From an uncultured Pseudomonadales bacterium (GTDB taxonomy: Bacteria; Patescibacteriota; Microgenomatia; UBA1400; PJMF01), in the NCBI GenBank assembly GCA_964404025.1, contig CAYOIJ010000004.1, forward strand, positions 782-64,781: a stretch of DNA of 64,000 bases, read 5' to 3'. Positions 19,836 to 29,680 of the stretch are shown here, in pieces. Position numbers and translations under genes: made by a program. Position 1 is the stretch's first letter. Each line of letters begins with the position of its first letter. The notes beneath the pieces were generated by a model. That model had not been told where the DNA came from. It saw only the letters and a program-made list of their open reading frames with translations, and ran no database searches.

Positions 19836-22268
19836 ATGTTAACTGCCCAAAATAATCAACCAGATGATGCGGGTCAGGTTCAGCCAGTGGTTGAACCGAC
19901 TGCTACTCAAGAACCGACACAAAATCAAGATGCAACTGATGTGGTGCAAATTGATCCTAATTTACAACAGACAATTGACAATTTAGCTCAGGATTTAGAC
20001 ACGAGTTCTCCTCCACTGGAGGATAATAGCCAAAGCTTGCCAGAAGAAAGTTCTCAAAACAATGTTTTGGATAATCAAAAATTAGAACCTGTAAATCAAA
20101 GCGCAGATTCCAGTCAGATAGAAGTTCCTCAATTAGATCCAGTCAATATCATCCCAGACCAAGGGGTTGAAGTACAAAATGACACTGCCCCAACGGCTGG
20201 CGTAGACATTGCAGAGCCGATTTTTTCTCAAGCACCTGTCGCGGAGGCCAATCTTTCACAAGCCAGTCCAGCTAATGTTGACGCCGAGCAAGGCGCCGCA
20301 GTTAATGATCTCAGCAATCAGGGCATGAATGAAACAATTGGGAATGAAGCAGTTACGGCCGAAACAACAACAACTGAAGCAGCCACAACTGAAACTAGTG
20401 ATCTTAGCTTACAAACTCCCGAGCCAACACTTACAGCTGCACCTAGCACAGATAATACAGTGCAGGTGGTAGCTCAACAGTCACCGCTTGATCACTCAGT
20501 AGCACAAAGTAATACTGGGGGTTTTAGTTTTTCTGTAACCAATTCTTTTTTTGATGTCTTGGTTAATAATGGAATTGTTTCGCCCAAACAGGCTGAGGAA
20601 TTAAGGCAGGAAAACTTGAGCACTGGCCATAGTTATGAAGAACTAGTATTGAACAAACAATTAGCAACTGAGTCGGATGTTGTTCAAGCTAAGGCAGAAT
20701 TTAATAATCTACCCTACATTAAATTGTCCGCAACTGGTGTTGACCCAGAGGCTTTAACTCTTCTTGACGAAGGCATTGCTAAACGCTATCAAGCCTTACC
20801 CTTTAGCTTAGACAAAGAAAAGAAAAGTCTGCAAGTGGCAATGGCCAATCCTTTAGATTTAGCAACTATTGAATTTTTAAAACAAAAAACAGGTTACAAA
20901 ATAGACGCTTATTACAGTGAGAGTAGCGAAATTGCCCGAATGATTGAGGAGCGTTATTCTCAGAGTTTATCTAGCGAAGTTACTGAGGCACTCAAAAGCA
21001 CTCATCAGTATAAAGAAAAGGGCAAAGCAGATATTCAACTTGATCAACAAGCTGGAGCTATTTTGCGAGATGCGCCAATTAGTCGAATTGTTGAAAATAT
21101 TTTAGATTTTGCTATTAAATCTTCAGCTTCTGACGTTCACATTGAGCCTCAAGTCAACCGTACTCGAGTCAGATATCGTATTGATGGTATTTTGGCTGAA
21201 AAATTAATTTTGCCGCAAAATGTCCATGAGGCGGTAGTTTCTCGGATAAAAATTATGGCCAATCTAAAAATCGATGAAAAAAGATTGCCACAAGACGGGC
21301 GTTTCAATTATAAGGCCAATAATGCCGAGGTTGATTTGCGTACTTCTACTCTACCGACGGTGCACGGTGAGAAGGTTGTGATGCGTCTCTTACAAAAAGA
21401 CATGGCTGTTCCTTCACTGGAAGATTTAGGCATGACTGGCTTAGGTTTACAGAGGGTTAAGGAAGCGATTAAAGTTCCTTATGGAATTATCTTAATCACT
21501 GGCCCTACTGGCTCAGGTAAAACTACTACTCTTTATTCGATTTTAAATATTATCAATAAGGTGGGGGTTAACATTATGACCCTCGAGGATCCAGTTGAGT
21601 ACCAAATTCCTGGAGTTAGCCAAGTACAAACCAATCCTAAAGCAGGCTTAACTTTTGCTTCGGGACTGCGTTCTTTCTTGCGTCAAGATCCAGACGTGAT
21701 TATGGTCGGAGAAATTCGTGATAATGAGACTGCTGATTTGGCGCTGCAGGCTTCTTTAACTGGTCACTTAGTTTTCTCTACCCTACACACTAATAGTGCT
21801 GCTGGTGCGCTACCCCGTTTGTTGGATATGGAAGCAGAACCATTTTTATTGGCTTCATCTATTACTTTAGCGATGGGACAGCGAGTGCTAAGAAAAATTA
21901 ACCCAGCTTACAAAGAAGAATATCAGCCTGAAGCAGTAGTAATTGAAGATATTAAAAAAGTTTTGGGGACGCATTTTGATCGTTGGTGTAAGGACAATGG
22001 TAAAGATCCTAATAAAATTACTCTTTTCCGGCCCAGTAATAAACGACCAGCGACTGAACCAGAATACAAAGGTAGAATTGGTATTTTTGAAGTAATGCCT
22101 ATTTCTCCAGACATAGCAAGCCTAATTCTTAATCGAAAAGCAGCTAGTGAGCTTGAAAAAATTGCTGTTCAGCAGGGAATGCTTTTGATGAAACAGGACG
22201 GTTATCTAAAAGCCTTAGACGGTATTACGACTATTGAAGAGGTTTTACGGATAGCCGAGGTTACTTAA
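19836..22268 (+). CDS. pilB: Type IV pilus assembly ATPase PilB (GspE family) with long disordered N-terminal extension
   Basis: Walker A 'ILITGPTGSGKTTTLYS', Asp box, Walker B 'DVIMVGEIRD', His box, tetracysteine-region equivalents, and a GSPII N-domain around aa 270-380. The first ~250 aa are Q/T/P/D/E-rich low complexity. RBS AAAGGAG. Confidence 0.9.
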   Translation: MLTAQNNQPDDAGQVQPVVEPTATQEPTQNQDATDVVQIDPNLQQTIDNLAQDLDTSSPPLEDNSQSLPEESSQNNVLDNQKLEPVNQSADSSQIEVPQLDPVNIIPDQGVEVQNDTAPTAGVDIAEPIFSQAPVAEANLSQASPANVDAEQGAAVNDLSNQGMNETIGNEAVTAETTTTEAATTETSDLSLQTPEPTLTAAPSTDNTVQVVAQQSPLDHSVAQSNTGGFSFSVTNSFFDVLVNNGIVSPKQAEELRQENLSTGHSYEELVLNKQLATESDVVQAKAEFNNLPYIKLSATGVDPEALTLLDEGIAKRYQALPFSLDKEKKSLQVAMANPLDLATIEFLKQKTGYKIDAYYSESSEIARMIEERYSQSLSSEVTEALKSTHQYKEKGKADIQLDQQAGAILRDAPISRIVENILDFAIKSSASDVHIEPQVNRTRVRYRIDGILAEKLILPQNVHEAVVSRIKIMANLKIDEKRLPQDGRFNYKANNAEVDLRTSTLPTVHGEKVVMRLLQKDMAVPSLEDLGMTGLGLQRVKEAIKVPYGIILITGPTGSGKTTTLYSILNIINKVGVNIMTLEDPVEYQIPGVSQVQTNPKAGLTFASGLRSFLRQDPDVIMVGEIRDNETADLALQASLTGHLVFSTLHTNSAAGALPRLLDMEAEPFLLASSITLAMGQRVLRKINPAYKEEYQPEAVVIEDIKKVLGTHFDRWCKDNGKDPNKITLFRPSNKRPATEPEYKGRIGIFEVMPISPDIASLILNRKAASELEKIAVQQGMLLMKQDGYLKALDGITTIEEVLRIAEVT

Positions 22269-22330
22269 AACAGATGGCTTGTGTAAGCTGTAACCGGGCA
22301 TATATAATGAATGAATAAGGAGTTTAGTGA

Positions 22331-23389
22331 ATGACTATTCAAGAAATATTACAATTTTTAATTGACAATCAGGGGTCTGATGTTCATATTATTCCTGCTT
22401 CCCCACTTGCCATTCGTGTCAATGGAGTTTTAAGTTTTCCTGCAGGACCTCAGGCTATTGGTCCAGAGCAAACTCAAGCTTGGATTTTTGAATTATTAAG
22501 TGAAGCGCAAAAGCAAAAATTGAAAGAAAACAAAGAAATTGATCTGGCTTACCAATTTGGTGACAATGCCCGTTTTCGTATTTGTGTTTATCAGCACTTG
22601 GGTAATTATGCAGCAGCTCTGCGCTTAATTCCTCAAGAAATCAAAAGCATCGATGAACTAGCTTTGCCAAAAATTTTCCATCAATTTACAACTTACAACC
22701 AGGGTTTAGTGCTCTTTACTGGTCCCACTGGTGAGGGTAAATCAACTTCTCTAGCTGCCATTATTGATGAAATTAATCGCACTCAGAGTCAACATATTAT
22801 TACTATTGAAGACCCAGTGGAATTTATTTATCGGCCAGATAAAAGTGTGGTCTCGCAGCGTGAAATTGGTAAAGATACTCACGAATGGCACTTGGCTTTG
22901 AAAAGTGCCCTGCGCTCAGACCCCGATGTAGTTTTGGTTGGTGAAATGCGTGATTTGGATACAATTGCGGCCACTTTAACTCTGGCAGAGACGGGTCATT
23001 TAGTTTTTGCTACTATTCATACCAACACAGCTGGCCAAACCATTGACCGTATTATCGATGTTTTTCCTGCCCATCAACAAGGTCAAATTCGTCAGCAACT
23101 AGCCAGTGTTTTGCGGGCAGTAGTTTCTCAGCGTCTAGTAGCAAAAATTCATGGCGGCAGAACAGCCGCAATTGAATTGTTATTTAACAATTCAGCTATA
23201 GCCAATTTGATTCGTGACTCTAAGGTGTTTCAAATCGACAGTGTGATTCAAACTAATCTGAATGCTGGCATGATGTTGATGGAAAATCACTTGTTTGACC
23301 TTTATATTCAAAAAATTATTAGCAAAGAAACAGCTATTCGTAGCTCTTTTCGTCCAGCAGATATGCTTCGCTTGTTAGAAAATAACTAA
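22331..23389 (+). CDS. pilT: Twitching-motility (retraction) ATPase PilT
   Basis: 'VLFTGPTGEGKSTSLAA', 'DVVLVGEMRDLDT' and 'ATIHTNTAGQTIDRI' typical of PilT; 352 aa. Confidence 0.9.
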   Translation: MTIQEILQFLIDNQGSDVHIIPASPLAIRVNGVLSFPAGPQAIGPEQTQAWIFELLSEAQKQKLKENKEIDLAYQFGDNARFRICVYQHLGNYAAALRLIPQEIKSIDELALPKIFHQFTTYNQGLVLFTGPTGEGKSTSLAAIIDEINRTQSQHIITIEDPVEFIYRPDKSVVSQREIGKDTHEWHLALKSALRSDPDVVLVGEMRDLDTIAATLTLAETGHLVFATIHTNTAGQTIDRIIDVFPAHQQGQIRQQLASVLRAVVSQRLVAKIHGGRTAAIELLFNNSAIANLIRDSKVFQIDSVIQTNLNAGMMLMENHLFDLYIQKIISKETAIRSSFRPADMLRLLENN

Positions 23390-23397
23390 GGCTTGTT

Positions 23398-24600
23398 GTG
23401 CCAATTTTTAAATATATAGCTAAAAATAAACGTGGTGAAAATATTAAAGGTAAGGTGGAAGCAGCCTCCAAAATGCAGGCAGTCTCTACCCTGTTTTCGA
23501 GAGATTTATTTGTCATTGATGTCAGTAGTCTTGGCCAGGAGACAGGTTTTTTTTCTAAAATTTTTAAACCAAAAGTTAAATTTACTGAACTAGTTAATTT
23601 TACTCGACAGCTAGCAACGATGATTAATGCTGGTTTGTCTTTGGCTAGTGCCCTATCGATTCTAGAGGAAGAGGGCGAAAACGAAATGGCTAAGTTAACT
23701 GGCAACTTGCTTAAAGATGTAGAAAGTGGCTTAAGTTTTTCAGATGCTCTGCAAAAATATCCAGATAATTTTTCAAGAATTTATGTGCAGTTAGTCAGAG
23801 CTGGAGAAGCCGGCGGTGTGCTAGATGAAGTATTGGAGCGCTTAGCAATTACTTTGGAAAAAGACAAAGATTTTAAGGCAAAAACCAAAAGTGCCATGAT
23901 TTATCCAGTCATTATTTTGATAGCGATGTTGGCAGTGGGAGCAGTGATGATGATTGCTGTAATTCCTAAATTGACAGAAATGTATGATGATTTTGGCGCA
24001 GAATTGCCTGGCATGACTAGATCTTTGATGGCAATTTCAGGTTTTATGGTTAAGTTTTGGTGGTTGATGTTGCTACTGGGTATAGCAGGAGGCGCGATTT
24101 TGCGCTCTTACAAAAAAACAAAAAAGGGCGAATTAGCTATTGATCGCTGGTTATTGAAATTGCCCATTTTTGGCAAAATGCGCCAAAAAATAATTTTGAC
24201 TGATTTTACTCGCACCCTTTCTTTATTGTTGGGCGCAGGAGTGTCTTTATTGGAATCAATTAATATAGTAGCTCATGCTATTGATAACGCAGTTTATCGC
24301 GAAGAATTAGCTGAAGCAGCCAAACAAGTAGAAAAAGGAACCTCACTGTCAATGGCAATATCTCGCTATCAGGATTTTCCTTCGATCCTGCATCAGATGA
24401 TGAGTGTTGGCGAAGAAACTGGCAAACTTGATGAGATTTTACAAAAATTGGCAGAATATTTTGAAAAAGAGAGCGAGTATGCAGTCAAAAACATGACTAC
24501 TGCTATGGAGCCGCTCATTATGATTGTTTTGGCAGTGGGGGTGGGTTTTATGGTGGTGGCGATTATTATGCCAATTTATAGCTTAACCAGTCAATTTTAA
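23398..24600 (+). CDS. pilC: Type IV pilus platform protein PilC (GspF family)
   Basis: Two T2SSF repeats, each followed by membrane helices; 400 aa; directly follows pilT. Confidence 0.85.
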   Translation: MPIFKYIAKNKRGENIKGKVEAASKMQAVSTLFSRDLFVIDVSSLGQETGFFSKIFKPKVKFTELVNFTRQLATMINAGLSLASALSILEEEGENEMAKLTGNLLKDVESGLSFSDALQKYPDNFSRIYVQLVRAGEAGGVLDEVLERLAITLEKDKDFKAKTKSAMIYPVIILIAMLAVGAVMMIAVIPKLTEMYDDFGAELPGMTRSLMAISGFMVKFWWLMLLLGIAGGAILRSYKKTKKGELAIDRWLLKLPIFGKMRQKIILTDFTRTLSLLLGAGVSLLESINIVAHAIDNAVYREELAEAAKQVEKGTSLSMAISRYQDFPSILHQMMSVGEETGKLDEILQKLAEYFEKESEYAVKNMTTAMEPLIMIVLAVGVGFMVVAIIMPIYSLTSQF

Positions 24601-24693
24601 ATTGCTACTTGAAAAGCTGTTAAAAAATAAGTTACACTGGATATACGAATAAGCAAGAATTACTTGCGATTAGTAGTTATCAAAAGACAAATT

Positions 24694-25332
24694 ATGCAAA
24701 TCAAATCTTTTTACCCAAGGTTAAAAAAACAATTAGGCTTCACCATGATCGAGTTACTAATTGTAATTGCCATTTTGGGTATTTTGGCAGTGGCTGTCTT
24801 ATCAGCAATTAATCCAATTGAACAGATTAACCGTGGCCGAGACACAGGTACTCGCTCCGATGCAGAGCAATTGGTTACAGCTATTGATCGTTATTATGCG
24901 ATGAAAGGAATTTATCCATGGATGGATGCAGCTTCTGATCCGGTCGCTTACCCCTGGACAATGGTGGGATTGACGGATAATTTAGGAGCTCCTACCTTTT
25001 TGAGTACTGGTGGCTGCCCAACGCTTTATCGACTAAGTGACATGCCAGCGACTCCGCCAGCTGAATGTGGAACTGAGGTTGGTACCCAAGAATTAAAAAT
25101 TGGTTTTGTCAACAAAGTTGATGCAGACACTTATAACAAGCTCTATGTGTTTCATGATGACCAAAACTATGATTCAACCTATGTTTGTTTTGAACCAAAA
25201 TCTAACTCTTTCCAACAAGAGGCAGATGATCGTATAACAGCTGGTGTCCCAGATGACTATCCAGCAGATGCTTATGCTCAACCTGCTGACGGACACTGTG
25301 GTCCAGGAGGAAACTGTATCTGCTTACCATAA
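24694..25332 (+). CDS. Major type IV pilin (prepilin)
   Basis: Canonical class III signal 'KKQLG|FTMIELLIVIAILGILA' (G at -1, E at +5). The ORF-track frame opens at 24664 (TTG); the ATG at 24694 gives a 15-aa leader. A strong intrinsic terminator follows the stop. Confidence 0.8.
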   Translation: MQIKSFYPRLKKQLGFTMIELLIVIAILGILAVAVLSAINPIEQINRGRDTGTRSDAEQLVTAIDRYYAMKGIYPWMDAASDPVAYPWTMVGLTDNLGAPTFLSTGGCPTLYRLSDMPATPPAECGTEVGTQELKIGFVNKVDADTYNKLYVFHDDQNYDSTYVCFEPKSNSFQQEADDRITAGVPDDYPADAYAQPADGHCGPGGNCICLP

Positions 25333-25350
25333 TGAATTAAGTTTAAAACT

Positions 25351-25381
25351 AAAACCCGAGTCCTAGCACTCGGGTTTTTTT
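25351..25381 (+). terminator. Rho-independent terminator after the major pilin gene
   Basis: AAAACCCGAGT-cctagc-ACTCGGG followed by TTTTTTT: a 7-bp GC-rich stem and a T-tract. Confidence 0.75.
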
Positions 25382-25392
25382 GTTATGATGAG

Positions 25393-26241
25393 GTGATGGT
25401 ATTATTTTTTACTTATTATCTTGTTTTTGCCTTACTCTTATTTTTATTTGCTGCTATTTTGGCTAGTTTTTTAAATGTAGTGATTTATCGAACTGCAGCT
25501 GAATGTGAACTGATCAAGGATCAAAAAGGAAAAGTGCTAAAATTAGCTCCTTTTTGGCGTGGGCGATCACTAACTGATTGTTGTCAGCGATCAATTCGAG
25601 CTGGTGACAATATTCCCCTTATTTCATTTTTATTATTAAAAGGTCGCTGTCGCTATTGTCAAAGTAAAATAGCCAAGCACCACTTTAGTAGTGAACTGTT
25701 ATCTGGACTTTATGCCTTGTTTTTTGCCTGTATTGTTTATTGGCAAATAAGTGCTGGACAATTATTAAACCCGATTACCCTAACCGCTCAATTTTTGTTT
25801 TTTTTACTTTTAATGTTTGTGGTAATTGCTGATTTTCGATACCTAATTATTCCTGATTTTTTTATCGTTTTATTGAGTATTTTAGCTATTTTTTTGGCTT
25901 GGCCAAATTATTTAAGTGCTTTGATTGGGACTGTGATTTCTTCAATCTTTTTTGTTCTCCTCTATTTTTTAGCCAGCTGGATTTTTAAAAAAGAAGCGAT
26001 GGGCTTGGGAGATATTAAGCTCATGCTACCTTTAAGTTTTGTTCTGGCATGGCCCAGGGTGTTGTTGGCAATTTTCCTTAGCTTTATTGTTGGGGGTATT
26101 TTTGCTACAATTTTATTGCTATTTAAACAGAAAAAAATTGGTCAAAGTCTGCCTTTTGGACCTTTTTTGGTTGTGGGTTTTATACTTAGTTATTTTTGGG
26201 CAGAGCCAATTTGGGCTTGGTATTTAGCTCTTTTTTTATGA
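25393..26241 (+). CDS. pilD: Prepilin peptidase PilD (A24 family)
   Basis: N-terminal tetracysteine zinc motif (CCQRS...CRYCQ), 8 TM helices, and the catalytic 'GLGDIKLM' aspartate motif. Confidence 0.85.
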   Translation: MMVLFFTYYLVFALLLFLFAAILASFLNVVIYRTAAECELIKDQKGKVLKLAPFWRGRSLTDCCQRSIRAGDNIPLISFLLLKGRCRYCQSKIAKHHFSSELLSGLYALFFACIVYWQISAGQLLNPITLTAQFLFFLLLMFVVIADFRYLIIPDFFIVLLSILAIFLAWPNYLSALIGTVISSIFFVLLYFLASWIFKKEAMGLGDIKLMLPLSFVLAWPRVLLAIFLSFIVGGIFATILLLFKQKKIGQSLPFGPFLVVGFILSYFWAEPIWAWYLALFL

Positions 26242-27254
26242 GAATTATTCGGATTTTTTTCTCAACTTTAGCTTTGATTTCGCTCTTTTTATTACTAGCT
26301 ATTTTTTTGGGTCGGGAAATTTTACTGATTATGGCAGTTAGTGATTTAAAAAGAGCTAGTGTTTTTCTCAGAGAAGAGCGACATTTAGCCAATTGTCAGG
26401 ATGGTTTTGCTATTTCTTCTACAGCTTGGGGTCAAATGCGCTTTGAAAATGAGCACGATTATCACTTAGAAAGTGTCTGTAGTAGTTTTGCAAGTAAACC
26501 AATTTTTCTTGAGGAGAGACAGCTACCTATTTTTGTTAAAAAGGTCGCTGGTGCTTCAGGCTTTATCTTTGATCATGAAAAAAACCCCAGTCAAATTACT
26601 CTGAGCAGTTTTGGTAAAGAAATAACTGTCTATAGTGAAGACAATCAGCTCGAGTCGGGTCAAGCTCCTGAGTTGAGCTATATAGTTGGCCCAGTTAGTT
26701 CTTGTCAGTCTTTTAATTATCGCTGTTGCCAAGAAGAAGTGGAAAAAGGTGTGGGAGAAGTGCAATCTTTGGCAAGTGACTGCCCCAAGGCTTGTTTTAA
26801 ATCTTGTTTAGCACGACCTTTAGTTTTATCTTTTAATGCCATGGGTTCAAATTTGGCCAATGATGGTGTCTTGTACACTAATTCAGGTAGGAAAAATACT
26901 TTTACTTTTGTAGTAAGTGACGGTAAGCAAGAGTTGTTTAGCGACCAAGTTTTAACTAAGCAAAAGCCAAGCGGCATTGCTGGCTTACAAGATCGTTTAG
27001 AAAATTTGATTGCAGTATTTAGTAAATTAGATAATAGTAGTATACAGCAAGCTAAAATGCCAATTACCACCACTATTTTTTTTGGTGATGGTCAAAACTA
27101 TAGCACTCAAGATTTGCAAGGAGCAGTTGATCACATATATACTTGCAGTGAGACAGTGTGTTATTTTGATGCTTGGATTGAAGCTCAGGATGCAAGATTA
27201 ACGCCATCACTTTTGACCGAACTAAATCGTTTGACAGTAATAGTAAACAATTAG
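26238..27254 (+). CDS. Cys-rich membrane-anchored hypothetical protein, translationally coupled to pilD
   Basis: ATG at 26238 overlaps the pilD TGA stop (ATGA). N-terminal TM 'IIRIFFSTLALISLFLLLAIFL'. Cys cluster 'CQSFNYRCCQEE...DCPKACFKSC'. Confidence 0.4.
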   Translation: MRIIRIFFSTLALISLFLLLAIFLGREILLIMAVSDLKRASVFLREERHLANCQDGFAISSTAWGQMRFENEHDYHLESVCSSFASKPIFLEERQLPIFVKKVAGASGFIFDHEKNPSQITLSSFGKEITVYSEDNQLESGQAPELSYIVGPVSSCQSFNYRCCQEEVEKGVGEVQSLASDCPKACFKSCLARPLVLSFNAMGSNLANDGVLYTNSGRKNTFTFVVSDGKQELFSDQVLTKQKPSGIAGLQDRLENLIAVFSKLDNSSIQQAKMPITTTIFFGDGQNYSTQDLQGAVDHIYTCSETVCYFDAWIEAQDARLTPSLLTELNRLTVIVNN

Positions 27255-27262
27255 AGGATTTT

Positions 27263-27715
27263 ATGAATAAACAAAAACAAAAAGCTTTTACCTTGTTAGA
27301 GTTACTAGTGGTAATAGCCATCATTGGCATCTTAATTTCTTTGGGTGTGGCTAGTTTCTCCAATGCTCAAAAAAAATCACGTGATTCGCGTCGTCGAGAA
27401 GATCTAAAGGCGATGCAAAATGGTTTAGAACAACATTATGCTGATTATACTAGTTATTCTAGTTCTTCAGGTCATGACGAACAAGGTTTAACAGGAATTT
27501 TATCTGGTTTAAATAGTGCCAGCGAGTATTTTCCAGCTGGAGCTCCAGTGGATCCGAGAAATCAAAATCCCTATATCTATCGAGCTAGTTACAACAATAG
27601 TTCTTATTGTTTGTGCGCTCTTTTAGAGAGCCCTGGTACAGGCAATTCTAATTCAAGAACCTGTGCTGGGTTTGTGGCAAACGGTAATTATTTTTGTGTT
27701 AGCAATTTACAGTAA
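27263..27715 (+). CDS. Minor type IV pilin / pseudopilin
   Basis: 'KQKA|FTLLELLVVIAIIGILISLGV' prepilin N-terminus with Ala at -1 and Glu at +5. RBS GAGGA. Confidence 0.75.
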   Translation: MNKQKQKAFTLLELLVVIAIIGILISLGVASFSNAQKKSRDSRRREDLKAMQNGLEQHYADYTSYSSSSGHDEQGLTGILSGLNSASEYFPAGAPVDPRNQNPYIYRASYNNSSYCLCALLESPGTGNSNSRTCAGFVANGNYFCVSNLQ

Positions 27716-27737
27716 ATTAAAATTCTGAAAGATATTT

Positions 27738-28157
27738 ATGAAAAAAAAAGAAAAAAAACAAAGTGCTTTTACCCTGATTGAAGTGTTGGTGGTGGCCACT
27801 ATTTTGGCAGTGCTATTATCTGTCGCAGTTGTTTCTTTTTCCAATGCTCAGAGAAAATCACGCGATGCCAGGCGTAAAGCAGATTTAGAAACGGTGCGAC
27901 AAGCTTTAATTCTTTACCGACAGGACAATGGTAGTTATGGCAGTATTGGTTCGGATAATACTGGTTTTAATAACTTAGTTACTACTCTTTATAATGAAGA
28001 GTATTTAACCACTCCCACAGTAGTTGATCCTAAGAATGACGTTAGTTATTTTTATAGCACTGCTTGTCCAAGCGCTGACAATCCCAATTGTAGCAAAGTT
28101 AGGTTAAGTACTACTCTTGAATCAGACGCTTCCACTTATGAAATTTTCACTCCATAA
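27738..28157 (+). CDS. Minor type IV pilin / pseudopilin
   Basis: 'KKQSA|FTLIEVLVVATILAVLLSVAV' prepilin N-terminus. Confidence 0.75.
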   Translation: MKKKEKKQSAFTLIEVLVVATILAVLLSVAVVSFSNAQRKSRDARRKADLETVRQALILYRQDNGSYGSIGSDNTGFNNLVTTLYNEEYLTTPTVVDPKNDVSYFYSTACPSADNPNCSKVRLSTTLESDASTYEIFTP

Positions 28158-28620
28158 ATCTTCAGCCTACTCTCTGATTGAGCTTTTGGTTTCGATATCA
28201 ATTGTCTTGATTTTAGTATCAAGTGCGCTGGCTGGTTATATTCGCTACAGTGATAAACAACGACTAGTGGCAGCAGCAGAAAAACTAGAAACTGGCTTAA
28301 AAGAAGCACAAAATATGGCAAGAATTGGTTATTTAGGGACTTGTGATGAGCTAGCGGGGGTTAATTTAATAACTAGCTCTTATGGAACTGCTGGTATCGC
28401 CTATCAAATTAGCATATTATGTGAACCATCTGGCTCGGACCTCATGCCAATTGTTAATTTAGATGAAGATTTACTAATTGATGCCCCAATTAATATTACT
28501 TTTAGACCTTACAATCACCTCGGTAATTCTACCAGCGTAAGATTAGACTCTGCTCGCAGTAATTACTATGCTGTTTTTGATATTGATCAGGGAGGCGGTA
28601 TTAAAGTTACTTATCATTAA
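28138..28620 (+). CDS. Minor type IV pilin-like protein
   Basis: 'MKFSLHKSSA|YSLIELLVSISIVLILVSSALAGY' with Tyr at +1 and Glu at +5. Start taken at the ATG at 28138, which overlaps the end of the previous pilin gene. Confidence 0.6.
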   Translation: MKFSLHKSSAYSLIELLVSISIVLILVSSALAGYIRYSDKQRLVAAAEKLETGLKEAQNMARIGYLGTCDELAGVNLITSSYGTAGIAYQISILCEPSGSDLMPIVNLDEDLLIDAPINITFRPYNHLGNSTSVRLDSARSNYYAVFDIDQGGGIKVTYH

Positions 28621-28627
28621 ATTAGCA

Positions 28628-29128
28628 ATGAAAAACATAAAAGATTTTTATAAAGATAGAAAGAAAAAGCAGACAGGCTCAACTTTTATTGAGGTTTTAG
28701 TAGCAATGGTAGTGGTGGCGACAGTGTTGACTGCTTTGGGCTCAATGATGGCTTTGTCAATGAGAGTGGCTGAAGCCAATGAAATGGAGCAATTAGCCCA
28801 GCTCAAAGCCCAACAAGTGCTAGAATTTTTTCGCAAGGAGCGTTTGGTTAGAGGTTGGATCACTTTTTTTAGTAGTCTAGATAATGGAGATTATTGTCTT
28901 AGTCCCTTGCCTGATAGTATTGATAATATTAGTCCTGCCCCCTGCCCCACACCTCTTACAGTACTCAATCATTTTTACTACAAAATTGAAACCAATGTTA
29001 GTAAGGATACTGCTGTCGATGAGGAAAGTGTTCAACTAGAAGTAAGTGTTTATCGCTATAGCAAGGGAGGAACGTTGTTGGGCAATGGAGCCTTTTTTAC
29101 CCTTAATCAGGTTTTTAAACAATATTAA
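28628..29128 (+). CDS. Minor pilin-like protein (PilV/PilW-like)
   Basis: 'MKNIKDFYKDRKKKQTG|STFIEVLVAMVVVATVLTAL' with Gly at -1 and Glu at +5. Confidence 0.55.
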   Translation: MKNIKDFYKDRKKKQTGSTFIEVLVAMVVVATVLTALGSMMALSMRVAEANEMEQLAQLKAQQVLEFFRKERLVRGWITFFSSLDNGDYCLSPLPDSIDNISPAPCPTPLTVLNHFYYKIETNVSKDTAVDEESVQLEVSVYRYSKGGTLLGNGAFFTLNQVFKQY

Positions 29129-29138
29129 ACAATGGTTT

Positions 29139-29651
29139 TCAATTACGTAGACTAACTCCTGAGCTAAAATCTAGTTGGCTGTGACTGGCGCTAGGATCAC
29201 TAGCAGCACTACTAGCTAGAGTAAAACTAATTTCAACATATTTTGCTCCAGAGTCAATGTTGTGACAAACAAACTCTAAATCTCTGAGTTGATTGCTGCC
29301 GGCACCCGGACTACTACTTAAGAAATAAGTGTTGGTATCAGAAACTAAAGCTATTTTGTCATCTATATTGCTAAAAACACTAATCACTTCATCTGCGCTA
29401 GTGAATTCTAAAGTGGGGCTAGGACTACCATCACAAGTAGAAGTAATACTTTTAGCGTTACGCAGTTCTTCAATCATTTTTTGCATAGCAGAACCACCAT
29501 TTTCTCGAATACTTTGACTGAGGCGGGCTTTTCCAGCCGAAACAATGAAGCTAATAAACAAGCTGGTCATACCCATCATTACCAAAACAGTAAGACTGGA
29601 AGTAACCAAGAGTTCAATTAGGGTAAAGGCGCTTTGCTTATTAGAGCTCAT
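29139..29651 (-). CDS. Type IV pilin-like protein (convergent operon)
   Basis: 'MSSNKQSA|FTLIELLVTSSLTVLVMMGMTSLF' prepilin N-terminus. Confidence 0.7.
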   Translation of the reverse strand: MSSNKQSAFTLIELLVTSSLTVLVMMGMTSLFISFIVSAGKARLSQSIRENGGSAMQKMIEELRNAKSITSTCDGSPSPTLEFTSADEVISVFSNIDDKIALVSDTNTYFLSSSPGAGSNQLRDLEFVCHNIDSGAKYVEISFTLASSAASDPSASHSQLDFSSGVSLRN

Positions 29652-29680
29652 TGTGCTGATTTCTTATTTTTAATAAGAGA

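Noticed and set aside
26039-26392. Small ORFs overlapping the pilD 3' end (26039-26227 +, 26186-26392 -)
   Set aside because: They are out-of-frame shadows of pilD and of the ATGA-coupled downstream gene.
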